The notes under the pieces: generated by a model
The model's database searches: none
Told to the model about the DNA's origin: nothing
What the model saw: only the letters and a program-made list of their open reading frames with translations
Program-made: the position numbers and the translations under genes
In this document: positions 39,721-49,631 of the stretch, in pieces
Numbering within the stretch: position 1 is the stretch's first letter
How the letters are laid out: every line of letters begins with the position of its first letter
Assembly: GCA_041736175.1 (NCBI GenBank)
Contig: JBGSUI010000069.1
Location: forward strand, 18,923 to 82,922
Length of the DNA stretch: 64,000 bases
Direction of reading: 5' to 3'
Origin: Oligoflexales bacterium
GTDB lineage: Bacteria; Bdellovibrionota_B; Oligoflexia; Oligoflexales; CAIYRB01

Positions 39721-41130
39721 CTAAAGTATGCTCAAGCCATCGACAATGCGAATGTCCACAGCTTTATAGCCGAGCTGTTCCAGCAAGGGCTGCACCTTAG
39801 CCTTGTCGCCCATCACATAGATAGAAGCCCCGGAAAGATTGAAGTAGGTGGCTCCCATCTGGGTGATCAGCGTTTCGGAAGCCTTCATAATCCACTGGTC
39901 CATTGTCTCTTGAAAATTCAAATCACGGTTAAAGGTTTTAGCGGCAAGAGCATCCGATAGGCGATCGGAGGGCAGCTCGCGACCTTCGCGCCACTGGGTC
40001 AGCATGTCGCTTTTTACCAGATCTGCAGTCGCTTGGTCGACCTTGACTTGGGCCTGGGCTTTAACCACCTCCTGGATGCCAGCCATAAGATCACGGAGCT
40101 TGTCGGTCGAGGCGAAAGAAGCCACCGACCAGTAACCTAAATCCTCGTTGACTCCCGAACCGACCCCATAGGTGAGCCCGCGCTCCTCCCGTAGGACTCT
40201 AAAAAGCGACCCCTGCATACCACCACCGAGGAGCTTGTTGGCAAGTTCAAGGGCAATCTGATCGTTGTTGTCCTTGGGAATCTTGCGACGCATAAGATAG
40301 AGCACCTGATTGTCAGTGGCTCCGGCACGATGTACCAATACGACTTTCTGAGGGCCCTGAGATTTGGACTCTTGGCTTGGGGGCGAAAAGGAGCGTTTTG
40401 CGCTTGTTTGACTGAGAAACCCCTCTCTTGCAAGCCTTGTATCCAGGATTTTCTGCCAGGTTCTAGGGTCCGATGGTCCAACAGCAACCGTGACCAAGTA
40501 ACGGGCATCAAAAAGTATCGGAAGGGCTGCTTCGACCTTTTTGAAATCGACGTTTTTGAGACTCAAACGGGAAGGTGTTCCGTCGAGAACATCGGGGTGA
40601 TAATTGAAAGCATCCCTCACAGCCACATAGCGCAGCGTCGACCCCATATCGTCCTCCCGCTGTGCCAAGTTCGCTTCAACCTTGGCCCGTGCTAGCTGGT
40701 AGGTCTCCTGATCAAATTTGGGTTTTTTAAGGGTCTTAAGGGCCAGAACAAGGACATCGTCCAATCGATCATGGGGGGCGATGATGGAGGCTGATGCCAG
40801 ACGGGCGCTCGTGGAGTAATGGATCTCGCCGCCTAAGAGAAAAAGCTCTTTTCGATAAGCTTCACTCGCCATCCCAGCCGGGCCTTCATCAAGTATGGCA
40901 GTGAGAATCTGACCTGCTCCCTGCTCTTCTTTGGGAAGGAGGCCGTTTCCTCCCTGAAAGGTGATCATCAAAAAGTCCCGGGGGGATCTTTTGTCCTGTT
41001 CCCCTATTAGATCTGCTCCATTTTTGAGTTTGAGGGTTGCAGCCTTTAAGAAAGGTCCGACTAGGACGGAGGCTAAGACTCCATAGAACAGACTTTTGAT
41101 TAGGAGTTTGCAAGGCGAACTTTGGGTCAT
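39721..41130 (-). CDS. M16 peptidase family, non-catalytic subunit (secreted)
   Basis: LLGGG..GSLF..LREERGLTYG; no HxxEH; signal peptide; overlaps its partner gene. Confidence 0.88.
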   Translation of the reverse strand: MTQSSPCKLLIKSLFYGVLASVLVGPFLKAATLKLKNGADLIGEQDKRSPRDFLMITFQGGNGLLPKEEQGAGQILTAILDEGPAGMASEAYRKELFLLGGEIHYSTSARLASASIIAPHDRLDDVLVLALKTLKKPKFDQETYQLARAKVEANLAQREDDMGSTLRYVAVRDAFNYHPDVLDGTPSRLSLKNVDFKKVEAALPILFDARYLVTVAVGPSDPRTWQKILDTRLAREGFLSQTSAKRSFSPPSQESKSQGPQKVVLVHRAGATDNQVLYLMRRKIPKDNNDQIALELANKLLGGGMQGSLFRVLREERGLTYGVGSGVNEDLGYWSVASFASTDKLRDLMAGIQEVVKAQAQVKVDQATADLVKSDMLTQWREGRELPSDRLSDALAAKTFNRDLNFQETMDQWIMKASETLITQMGATYFNLSGASIYVMGDKAKVQPLLEQLGYKAVDIRIVDGLSIL

Positions 41131-42530
41131 GGCTTGGCGCTCCCTTTCACTGGAACGGTGGATTTTTTGCTGTTATTGTCGTTCATGCTCTCTTTATTGT
41201 GCACTGCAATCAGATTGTTCTTGTCGAGAAGTTTTCGAAGATAGGCGACCATTTCGACCTGCGGGATCTTAGGTCTTTGGTTCAGGGCTCGGGCAAGCGC
41301 CCCAAGGTTGCCGTATTTGCCCCAATAGAGTGCCAGTTCTTCATTGAGGGATGCGTTGCGCAACACTTTTTCCGCTAGACCAATGTGATATTCTGCTAGG
41401 TAGGCTGCATATTCTTCCGCAGATAGTTTGGCAACATCATCGGGGAGGTGTGCGAACTGCTCGATCACAGCCCCATAAGTGCTCATAGGCTTCAGCTCGA
41501 CTAAAAACTGCGAAAGTCCAAAATCATACTCGGTATTAAAGCTACTGACATCAGTTGCTAGCTTTTCAGCATAAACAAGTCGATTTTTGCTTAGACTGTT
41601 ATTGGAATCCCCAATGATATGGTCGGCTAGTGTGAACAGAGTGAAATTCTCCGCTGTCAGCGGCTCCAGTCGATAACCCAGGAGTAGGTTTTTGGACAAG
41701 GCGCTCAAGCGCCCTTCGGCCAAAATCATACCTTTATTCGCGAAGGGTTGAGGGACTGGCGGGGGTTCGCCGCGGCTCCAATCGCTGTAGTAGGTGGCAA
41801 TCCAGGGTCGAATCTGGTTAATGTCAAAATCTCCAGCCACAAAAAGTCCGACGTTGTTAGGCTTATAGTACTTTTGAAAAAACTCGTTGCAATCTTTGGC
41901 CGTGATTTTGTCCAGGTCCTCCCGAGCCCCCATAATCGTCGAGCCGTAGGGATGCCCAGGAAACCCCTTTTGGTAAAGGGTAAACCAGAGATCCATCATG
42001 GGCTTGGAATCTATTCCCATCGAGTACTCGGAGCGGACCGCTTCTCTCTCAACTTTGAGGAGTTCGTCGGTAACCTGGAGTTTTTTGAAACGATCGCTCT
42101 CGATCTTTAGAGCATCTTTGAGTTTGCCGTTAGATACGGTCGTGGTGTAGACAGTTGCTCCATAACGGGTGTTGGCGTTTACGTCACCACCCAAAGGTCT
42201 TACCAACGTGTCGAAGTTGGGGGTATCTTTGGACAGGGGTCGAAACATCATATGTTCAAACAAATGAGCGATCCCCGTTATACCTGGCTTTTCTTGCAAG
42301 CTACCAACCTTGACCCAGTGGTAAATCGACGTGGTCGGGGCGTTGGGGTTTGGAGTCAGGACTACGGTGAGTCCGTTGGGGAGCTGGTACTGGTAGGTTT
42401 TCAGGTCGCCCTGTATCGCTAGGACCGTCTCTTGGGGGAGTGTTTCGTTTGGAGCCTTTTTGGACGCAGCCGCCCCTAGTGTAACTGACAGAAACACCAG
42501 GGCAAAAGTTGGGAAGATCACAAATCTCAT
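41127..42530 (-). CDS. M16 peptidase family (pitrilysin/insulinase-like), catalytic subunit (secreted)
   Basis: LPNGL, VGS, GIAHLFEHMMF (HxxEH), NANT, EREAVRSE, HPY; signal peptide from ATG 42530. Confidence 0.92.
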   Translation of the reverse strand: MRFVIFPTFALVFLSVTLGAAASKKAPNETLPQETVLAIQGDLKTYQYQLPNGLTVVLTPNPNAPTTSIYHWVKVGSLQEKPGITGIAHLFEHMMFRPLSKDTPNFDTLVRPLGGDVNANTRYGATVYTTTVSNGKLKDALKIESDRFKKLQVTDELLKVEREAVRSEYSMGIDSKPMMDLWFTLYQKGFPGHPYGSTIMGAREDLDKITAKDCNEFFQKYYKPNNVGLFVAGDFDINQIRPWIATYYSDWSRGEPPPVPQPFANKGMILAEGRLSALSKNLLLGYRLEPLTAENFTLFTLADHIIGDSNNSLSKNRLVYAEKLATDVSSFNTEYDFGLSQFLVELKPMSTYGAVIEQFAHLPDDVAKLSAEEYAAYLAEYHIGLAEKVLRNASLNEELALYWGKYGNLGALARALNQRPKIPQVEMVAYLRKLLDKNNLIAVHNKESMNDNNSKKSTVPVKGSAKP

Positions 42531-42840
42531 TTTTAATTCCATTATATGGTTTGCCAACGACAAATTCAGACTAGCTGGGAGGCGGATGATAAGCAAGTCC
42601 ATCTGAGGGGGGGAGCTTGTCTCCGGATTACGTTAATGGCCTGGGCTTTCGGATTTCGGTGTTTGGTGCGAAAACGGTGAGAAGGAGCTCCTGATTGCTC
42701 CAGGCACAATCTTTAGATTTCTCGATCGGCGGGTTGAAGGCAAGACCATTATAATCGAAAAGCAGCAGCTGCAGTGATTTAGAATTTGCATTTTAGTCAT
42801 AGGATCTTTACGGTCTTTTGGATCGAATCAGCTCTGCATC

Positions 42841-43156
42841 ATCGCCCCAACTTTAAGACACGCCCAACCCGAAAGATTTGACGAGCTAGGCAACGGTCTC
42901 GGCCTTGAGCGTAAATTCTGGTCCGAGTACTTGCAAAAAAAAGGTCGGCTCCGAGCCGAAGCTCTATCTGCTTGCTGTTAGCCTAGATTACGCCGAAGCA
43001 ATCAACCACGAGGCCCTCCACGCTCTTTTCTACTCTAATCCCAAAATGCAACAGCTGGTTTTAGAGTTTTGGTTGAAAGAGCTGACCCTCGCCGAGAACT
43101 CCAAGAGTTTCAGGCCTATGTACTTATGCAAAGGTCGACGATTTGTAGTTTGCTAA
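42841..43156 (+). pseudogene. Fragment of a HExxH metalloprotein gene, frameshifted in an A8 run
   Basis: AINHEALHALFY in the 42905 frame; a protein-like upstream frame (LERKFWSEYLQK) joins it if one A is removed at 42935-42942. Confidence 0.35.
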
Positions 43157-43171
43157 CTTCGAAAAATGGAT

Positions 43172-43723
43172 CTAATCGATTCGGAAGGAATTGCTGTACG
43201 GGCGCCAAGCCTTGATGACCTCTATGGCCTCGTCTTGGTTGAGCTCGCCCTTGGCCACTGCTTGGTACACTAGGGCCTCCACCACGCTTTTGGCACGGGC
43301 TACTTTTTTGACGAGGGGCCAGAGATTGCGAGGGCTATTGTCGCCCCCGATACTGAGCGGGATATAATGGTCGATCTCATAAAGATGCAGCTCATCAATA
43401 GACACTCCATAGGATGCGCCGACAGCTATTTTTTCTCTACGGGATACGTTGCGCCGGCAGTGGGCGATCTGGGATGGATACCGATAACCATCGAAGTCTT
43501 TGTCGTCAGGAGTACAGAGTTCCCCAGGGGTAAGATCTGGTGGAGGAGGGAACCCTTGGAGGGCGTCACCTGCGTACTGTCTGGGTGACGGGCTGGTTTG
43601 ACCTAACTCCATAGATGTTTGATTCGTCAGCCGGGGGATGGGGTGGGGAGTCGTTGCCGATGAACAGGTTAAAGAGAAGACAAGACCAAAAACTCCGCTC
43701 GTCAAGGCTATTCTTTTGATCAC
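43172..43723 (-). CDS. Secreted/lipoprotein HNH-type endonuclease-like protein
   Basis: Signal with SLTC; YEIDHYIPLSIGGDNSPRNLWP beta-beta-alpha-metal motif. Confidence 0.72.
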   Translation of the reverse strand: MIKRIALTSGVFGLVFSLTCSSATTPHPIPRLTNQTSMELGQTSPSPRQYAGDALQGFPPPPDLTPGELCTPDDKDFDGYRYPSQIAHCRRNVSRREKIAVGASYGVSIDELHLYEIDHYIPLSIGGDNSPRNLWPLVKKVARAKSVVEALVYQAVAKGELNQDEAIEVIKAWRPYSNSFRID

Positions 43724-43897
43724 AGGAAAACCCCTAGGCTTTATAAAATTGAAATTATTTATAAAGAATAGCCTACCGAGGGCTTGTTAAGCGACGAGAA
43801 AATCCGGGTTAATTTTTAATTGCGCTAGGTGCCAAAAGTGGTCAAAATTGAAAGTCGTCCGACAACCACTTCTCCACCTGATCCCTGATAGGTATTG

Positions 43898-44218
43898 TCA
43901 TACCAGTGGCGCTGCAGTCTTTTTCTTGGTTGTCTTGGTAACGATTGCGTCAATTTCCAGCTTTTTTTTGACGACAATCAGATCGTACTCGGCCTGCATC
44001 CTAACCCACATTTCGGGTGTAGTATTAAAGAATTCGGCGAGCTGCAGAGCAAATTCGGGTGTAATGGCACGTTTACCGTTCACGATCTCGTTGATCTTAC
44101 GCGCTTGACATCCCAGATGTTTGGCTAAGGTCGACTGGTTCAGGACTCGGTCTTTCATATAAATTTCAGCGAGGACTTCGCCTGGGTGCAATATATGGTT
44201 TGGTGTCTTGATGGGCAT
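43898..44218 (-). CDS. higA: HigA family antitoxin (Xre HTH)
   Basis: HPGEVL, INEIVNGKRAITPEFALQLAEFFNTTPEMW..MQ..YDL. Confidence 0.95.
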   Translation of the reverse strand: MPIKTPNHILHPGEVLAEIYMKDRVLNQSTLAKHLGCQARKINEIVNGKRAITPEFALQLAEFFNTTPEMWVRMQAEYDLIVVKKKLEIDAIVTKTTKKKTAAPLV

Positions 44219-44231
44219 AAGAATTCCTTTT

Positions 44232-44546
44232 TCAACTATGGTAATTTACTATCTCAACGTCATGAAAAACATTATTTTTCCAGAGAAAAACAATACGCCA
44301 TCCGCTGATCTTGTTGATGTCGATGGCAGTCTGACCTTTTCGATCACCCTTCAAAGAGTGCACCCTGATATGAGGTGGATGCGCTTTAGATTCCAAGTCA
44401 TTGAGAGAATTAGTTGCATTCATTATCTGAAGCAAAGCTTTGGCCCTCTTACAGTGCTCTTTATCAGGCAGTTTATTTGAGGTACCATTATTCCAGATAT
44501 CTTCTGCTATTTTGCCGCTACCGCCGGTTCGGAAGTTTTCAATCAG
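44232..44546 (-). CDS. higB: HigB family (RelE-like) toxin; probable CTG start
   Basis: IENF N-terminus, DL...PP..RVHSLKGDRKGQ.AI.IN..WRIVF.W...DVEIVNYH; GGGAGGG SD 7 nt before CTG 44546. Confidence 0.9.
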   Translation of the reverse strand: MIENFRTGGSGKIAEDIWNNGTSNKLPDKEHCKRAKALLQIMNATNSLNDLESKAHPPHIRVHSLKGDRKGQTAIDINKISGWRIVFLWKNNVFHDVEIVNYHS

Positions 44547-44565
44547 GATACTACCCTCCCAAATT

Positions 44566-44594
44566 GTTATACCACTATTCGGTATAATGGTCAA
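44566..44594 (-). promoter_or_regulatory. Sigma-70 promoter of higBA with overlapping palindromic operator
   Basis: TTGACC-N17-TATAAC (extended TG) containing TTATACC-N7-GGTATAA. Confidence 0.75.
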
Positions 44595-44643
44595 AAAACT
44601 TTAATATCAAAATTAACCAATTGTTTTCTTTGAATAAATAAAT

Positions 44644-45051
44644 TTACTGGGGGCAAAGCTCGACTTTTGAGTTTTTTGGGAGGAGTAACAGCAACACCGC
44701 GGCGGCTGGGTTAACAGATAAAACACCCCCGGTCACCAGATAATCAAAAAGTTTTTTAAGCGCTGAGAGCCTTAACATGATGGTTGAAGGTGAGTAGCCA
44801 TCGAGTGTTTCCACATAAACGCTCACTGCGAGACTTGAAATACTTTGCAGCTTAAACCCCATGGTGTCACACCAATCAAGAAATTCATGGACGGCGTGGA
44901 GGTACATGGTTCTGGTGCCGGCGTTTCTGATGGATGCGGCGAAGAATTCTAGAAAGCGGTAGCTTGCTTGGTCACCAGCCTCTTCGATCACGGGGTGGAC
45001 GCGTCTGATGACTTGAACACTTCCTGAGCGGGTGAGGGCGAACTCTTCCAT
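44644..45051 (-). pseudogene. Truncated tyrosine recombinase/integrase (N-terminal SAM-like domain only)
   Basis: RFLEFFAASIRN..TR..Y..AV..F..W, LSALKKLFDYL...G....NPAAAV, then it ends before any catalytic domain. Confidence 0.8.
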
Positions 45052-45129
45052 AAGGGTCTCCCTTAAAAATATTTCTGAACCGGTTGAAATTTCTTTGACA
45101 ATCCTAGCATGATCAGATCAGAAAATCTC

Positions 45130-45612
45130 GGGGAATGATACCTTAAAAGTTGTTTTTTATGGCGTTAAATTGCACATTCTAGCTAAAGATATTGATGGAT
45201 CTATCAGGCTTAATATTACGCAAACGTTGACTCGATGGCTTTTTACTTTAAAAGGATTTATTTTACATTCGGCGCAAACAACCACCTCATTAGGAGCGAG
45301 ATAGAAGCAACGATTTGCCCATTCTGTCCTATGAAAACGACCATCGGAGAATAATGAACCATCAGTGCTCAGTGGCTAATGTATATAGCCAGATTTGAAG
45401 TTCTTAACCATGTAGCCAGAAAACTTAGAGCCGAACTTCTTTTTTCGAAGCTACTAAAACGATTTAGAAGAAAAATCAGGAATCGAATTTTCTAGAGATT
45501 TTTTTAGAAGATCACGTCTTTTCCGCAATTGGTCATCGATACGAGCTAATCCTAAATCGTTAACCAGCAGTAGATACTCAGTGATTTCCCGATCATTCCA
45601 GTTACCCACCAA
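45130..45612 (-). pseudogene. Degenerate RES-domain toxin gene
   Basis: Hand translation: MVGNWNDREITEYLL...SF**LRKKKF...YIH*PLSTDGSLFSDGRFH...CFYLAPNEVVVCAEC, matching the RES pattern PLS..GS...GRF...Y.A......AE; three in-frame TAG stops. Confidence 0.6.
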
Positions 45613-45891
45613 AGCTCATTCCTTTCGGGTTAGTGCTTTGCTTTAGATAGCGAGCAACGTGCTCAATACGTCCTGCTTTAATCAAATCCATAGGGCTTTC
45701 ACCCAACCATTCGGGCCGACCTGAAAGAAGCCAACGTCGGCACTGTTTGATATCTCGAAATTGCAGAAACAAAACGGACGCGATATGCTTAAGGTGCGCA
45801 AATTTTGGATTGTTAAGAAGCTTCAGCGCATGCTGTTGCCTAACATTGCTGGGATACTCCTCAATTATGCTTCCAAGTTCATTCGAAACAT
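45602..45891 (-). pseudogene. Frameshifted Xre/MbcA/ParS-type antitoxin (toxin-binding domain)
   Basis: Hand translation: ...LFLQFRDIKQCRRWLLSGRPEWLGESPMDLIKAGRIEHVARYL...; the ATGs at 45891/45882 are one base out of frame. Confidence 0.65.
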
Positions 45892-46228
45892 TTTGAATTG
45901 AGCAAGATCCGGCTCGCCTTGTGCATTAATGAAAGGATCTTCGAGTTGTAGAGCTATTATAGTGGCCCCCCTTATAAGGAGCATCGGCAAAACATGCCGA
46001 AAACCTAACTAATATATAACCAAATTGCAACCTGATCTTACTGACAATGTATTTTAAACCGTAATTTTTCTCTTCACGGAGCCGCCCAGGCCTAATAGTT
46101 TGGACTGGCCGCAAAATAATCCATGGGCGTCCCATTTAGAATATTAAAAATTGGCTTGATAGTGCTTGCCATTTTAAGTAATAGATAGCCAAGGTCTGTT
46201 AACTTAAGATTTTATTAAAGGAAAACCC

Positions 46229-46789
46229 ATGAGACACTCCTTACTTTTATCCATATCAAGCATTGTTGGACTAGGGTTATACAGCTCTAATTTAAATGCC
46301 GAAACCTATGGGAACCTACCAAAAGATCCAAGTTTGGCCGCAGTCTTTTATATGAATCTTCTTGTTCCTGAGGCAGAAGGTCCTTGTGATGTTGAAGAAG
46401 TTGACTATGTATCTGGTGGTAACTTTCAGTTTGCGGTTACCTGTGGAGATGTAAAACGAATTATCATCCAGTGGGACGAGAAATTTGCCCATTTCGGAAC
46501 TGATAGCCGTGAGCCTCCCTTGAGCAGTGACCCCCTGACCGTTTTGGTGAAAGATCCGGGTTGCTACCGGCGTATGGGACACCGATTAGAATCCTTAGTA
46601 ACAGCTCTTTCAGAGCAAAAAACGACGTGCTTTCTGAATCCTTTAGCAGTTCCTTACCCAATCGACCCAAGTGGCCCTGGATATCACGAAAGGCAATTTA
46701 TATGTGGCTTTGGCCAGGGATCTCAAAAGTACAATGTCACTGTCGTCCTTGACTCTAACAATCAATGCTCTTTAACTTCGCTTTATTAA
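46229..46789 (+). CDS. Secreted Cys-rich hypothetical protein
   Basis: AAAGGA SD, signal peptide ending LNA, six Cys. Confidence 0.7.
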   Translation: MRHSLLLSISSIVGLGLYSSNLNAETYGNLPKDPSLAAVFYMNLLVPEAEGPCDVEEVDYVSGGNFQFAVTCGDVKRIIIQWDEKFAHFGTDSREPPLSSDPLTVLVKDPGCYRRMGHRLESLVTALSEQKTTCFLNPLAVPYPIDPSGPGYHERQFICGFGQGSQKYNVTVVLDSNNQCSLTSLY

Positions 46790-46858
46790 TTGGGGTGCCG
46801 GCAACATCCATGGGATAATGTGCAGGGGGAATCTGCCAATCCGAAGTAAAGGAACATC

Positions 46859-49630
46859 ATGAGCGGTATTGAAATTTCAAAGTTTGAACAAGATTTAGAA
46901 TACGTACTTCAATGTCTCCGTGAAGTTCTCCAGGACCTAGGCCACGACGAACTCTTACCCTTTATTCCCTTTGCTCGCTTAGATCCTGGCAAGCATCAAG
47001 AGGATTATACAGCTGTTCCAGCCCAAGCCATTAAACTTGTCCAAATTTTGTCCCTTTCGTTTCAGCTGCTCAATATGGTCGAAGAAAACGTCAACGTCCA
47101 ACAGCGGCGAGCAGCCCAGTCTACGGGACGTCTCGAGATGGAAGCAGGGCTCTGGCCGTGGACCTTAAAGGAGCTTGACATACAAGGTTATGGCGAAGCA
47201 GCTATTCGGGAAACGATTCGACAGCTCCATGTGGAGCCCGTCTTGACGGCCCATCCTACCGAAGCTAAGAGATCGACGATTTTAGAGCATCACCGGGATT
47301 TCTATCTGCTTCTCGTTAAACGAGAAAACCAGATGTGGACCCCCGTAGAAAAGCTCTGGCACAAAGAAGAGATGAAAACCATCCTAGAGCGTTTGTGGCG
47401 AACCGGCGAGATTTTCCTGGAGCGGCCCGATGTGGATTCAGAGCTACGGAATATTTTGCATTATCTCAAAAACGTTTTTCCTCAGCTTTTGCCCTGGCTC
47501 GACAATCGTTTTGAACGGGCCTGGAAAGAGATGGGATACCAATCTGAGCTGGATTTTTTAGAGGGGGATTTTCCCAAGTTTCAGCTAGGAACCTGGGTCG
47601 GTGGCGACCGGGATGGACATCCTTTTGTGAGCGGCCAAATCACCAAAAAGGCCTTGGTTGAGCTGCGGCTCAATGCTCTGATCGTGCTGAGGCATAAGTT
47701 GATCGATCTGGCCAAAAAGCTCAGTTTGGCTGATGATCACCAAAAAGTTCCTGCGATCCTCGTGGAACGCCTGAACTCCTATAAAGATCGCGATCTCTCC
47801 CTGTACCAACGTGCCATCCAGCGCAATCCAAGGGAGTCATGGCGTAACTTGGTTCAAATCATCTTAGAACGATTGCCGATCGAAGTGGTCAGAGAGCATG
47901 TGACGGAACTCCAGGAACACCCTCTCAGTTATAAAAACCCTGAAGAGATGAAAGCTGACCTCCGGGTTCTTGCCCTTTCGCTCAAGGCTATCGGAGCCCA
48001 AAGGCTTGCAAATACAGAACTCCATGATACCGTACGGCTCCTTGAAACCTATGGGTTTCACTCGGCGCGGCTTGACCTACGCCAAAACAGCCGGTTTCAC
48101 GAGGCTGCGCTCCAACAACTCTTAGAGATTGCCGGGGTTGATGAGGGCAGCACCTACAGCCAATGGAGTCGCGATAAAAAAGTCCATTTTTTTGAGAAAG
48201 AATTACAAAATACCCGTCCATTTACCTCGCGGACTCAAAGCTACACGGTTCAAGCCAAAGATGTGATGGAAAGCCTCCAGGTTTTTCTCCACTACCGCCA
48301 GAGTTATGGGGGAGAAGGTCTAGGAGCCTATATCGTCAGTATGACCCATACGGTCGAAGATCTTTTTACCGTTTACCTCCTATCCAGGGAGGCTGGCCTC
48401 TGTGAGGTCGTAGATCGTCAGCTTATCTGTCCTCTGCCCGTAGTACCGCTTTTTGAGACCATCAATGATCTTGAAGCGAGCGTTGGGATCATGGAGGCTT
48501 TCCTAAGTCACCCGATGACTGTTGCCAGCCTAAAATTTCAACAAAAAGAGCGAGGTCTCAAGCGCCCCCAACAGCAGATTATGGTGGGCTATAGCGATAG
48601 TTGTAAGGATGGTGGGATTTTTGCGAGCCAATGGCACCTTTACCTGGCTCAAAGTCAGTTGGCAAAAATGGCCGCAAAATTTGATGTGGAGCTGTGTTTT
48701 TTCCATGGTCGGGGAGGGACCGTCAGCCGGGGCGCGGGTCCGGTGCACCGATTTATGCAGTCGCTGCCTCCAGGCGGGCTTACGGGAGCCTTTCGGATGA
48801 CGGAGCAAGGGGAAACCATTGCCCGCAAGTATGCCAATCAAGCCACTGCTGTTTATAATATCGAGCTGCTCCTAGCCAGTGTGACCGCTGAGACCTTGCG
48901 GAGTCCACAAAAGCAGGAGATGGGGCAGGAGTTTTCCCGGATGATGGGACAGCTAGCTGCCAGGAGCCGTGAGGTCTACCGCCAACTGATTACACGATCC
49001 GATTTTATGACCTTTTTTAGACAAGCCACCCCTATCGATGTCCTTGAACACAGCCGCATTGGAAGCCGACCTCCAAAGCGTACCGGACAAGCTACCCTAG
49101 ATGATTTAAGAGCTATTCCTTGGGTGTTTAGTTGGAACCAGGCGCGGTTTTATCTTCCGAGCTGGTATGGTGTCGGGTCGGCACTGGCCGAGCTTGAGCA
49201 AAATCATCCTGAAGACTTCAAATCATTACTGAGTCATCTAAACCAAAATACACTGCTTAATTATGTACTGCATAATGTGGAAACTACGGTGGCCTCCGCC
49301 AGTGAGGAGATCATGCTCGCCTATGGTGGGCTTATCCAAGATCCCGCCTTAAGAAAGACCTATATGGACCTTATTCTGGGCGAGTATCGTCGCACCCGGC
49401 AGATTCTTATCAGAGTCTTTGGTTCGCCGATCGAGGACCGACGTCCCCATGTGGTCAAAACCATCTCGCTCAGGGAACCCAGCCTTAAGGTCTTGCATGA
49501 CCTGCAGATCTATCAACTCCAAGAGTGGCGGCGAAGCGATCCCAAGGATACCGTGAGGCGAGAGGCTCTCCTCCAAAAGATCTTTACCACGATTAATGGG
49601 ATTGCAAGCGGGCTACGCAATACTGGTTAA
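46859..49630 (+). CDS. ppc: Phosphoenolpyruvate carboxylase
   Basis: VLTAHPTE, WVGGDRDG, VPLFET, MVGYSDSCKDGG, FHGRGGTVSRG, TEQGE, LRAIPWVFSW.Q.R, GLRNTG. Confidence 0.98.
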   Translation: MSGIEISKFEQDLEYVLQCLREVLQDLGHDELLPFIPFARLDPGKHQEDYTAVPAQAIKLVQILSLSFQLLNMVEENVNVQQRRAAQSTGRLEMEAGLWPWTLKELDIQGYGEAAIRETIRQLHVEPVLTAHPTEAKRSTILEHHRDFYLLLVKRENQMWTPVEKLWHKEEMKTILERLWRTGEIFLERPDVDSELRNILHYLKNVFPQLLPWLDNRFERAWKEMGYQSELDFLEGDFPKFQLGTWVGGDRDGHPFVSGQITKKALVELRLNALIVLRHKLIDLAKKLSLADDHQKVPAILVERLNSYKDRDLSLYQRAIQRNPRESWRNLVQIILERLPIEVVREHVTELQEHPLSYKNPEEMKADLRVLALSLKAIGAQRLANTELHDTVRLLETYGFHSARLDLRQNSRFHEAALQQLLEIAGVDEGSTYSQWSRDKKVHFFEKELQNTRPFTSRTQSYTVQAKDVMESLQVFLHYRQSYGGEGLGAYIVSMTHTVEDLFTVYLLSREAGLCEVVDRQLICPLPVVPLFETINDLEASVGIMEAFLSHPMTVASLKFQQKERGLKRPQQQIMVGYSDSCKDGGIFASQWHLYLAQSQLAKMAAKFDVELCFFHGRGGTVSRGAGPVHRFMQSLPPGGLTGAFRMTEQGETIARKYANQATAVYNIELLLASVTAETLRSPQKQEMGQEFSRMMGQLAARSREVYRQLITRSDFMTFFRQATPIDVLEHSRIGSRPPKRTGQATLDDLRAIPWVFSWNQARFYLPSWYGVGSALAELEQNHPEDFKSLLSHLNQNTLLNYVLHNVETTVASASEEIMLAYGGLIQDPALRKTYMDLILGEYRRTRQILIRVFGSPIEDRRPHVVKTISLREPSLKVLHDLQIYQLQEWRRSDPKDTVRREALLQKIFTTINGIASGLRNTG

Positions 49631-49631
49631 A

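Noticed and set aside
45926-46135. 69-aa ORF upstream of the antitoxin relic
   Set aside because: No SD or motif; in frame with the antitoxin fragment but does not look like an Xre HTH.
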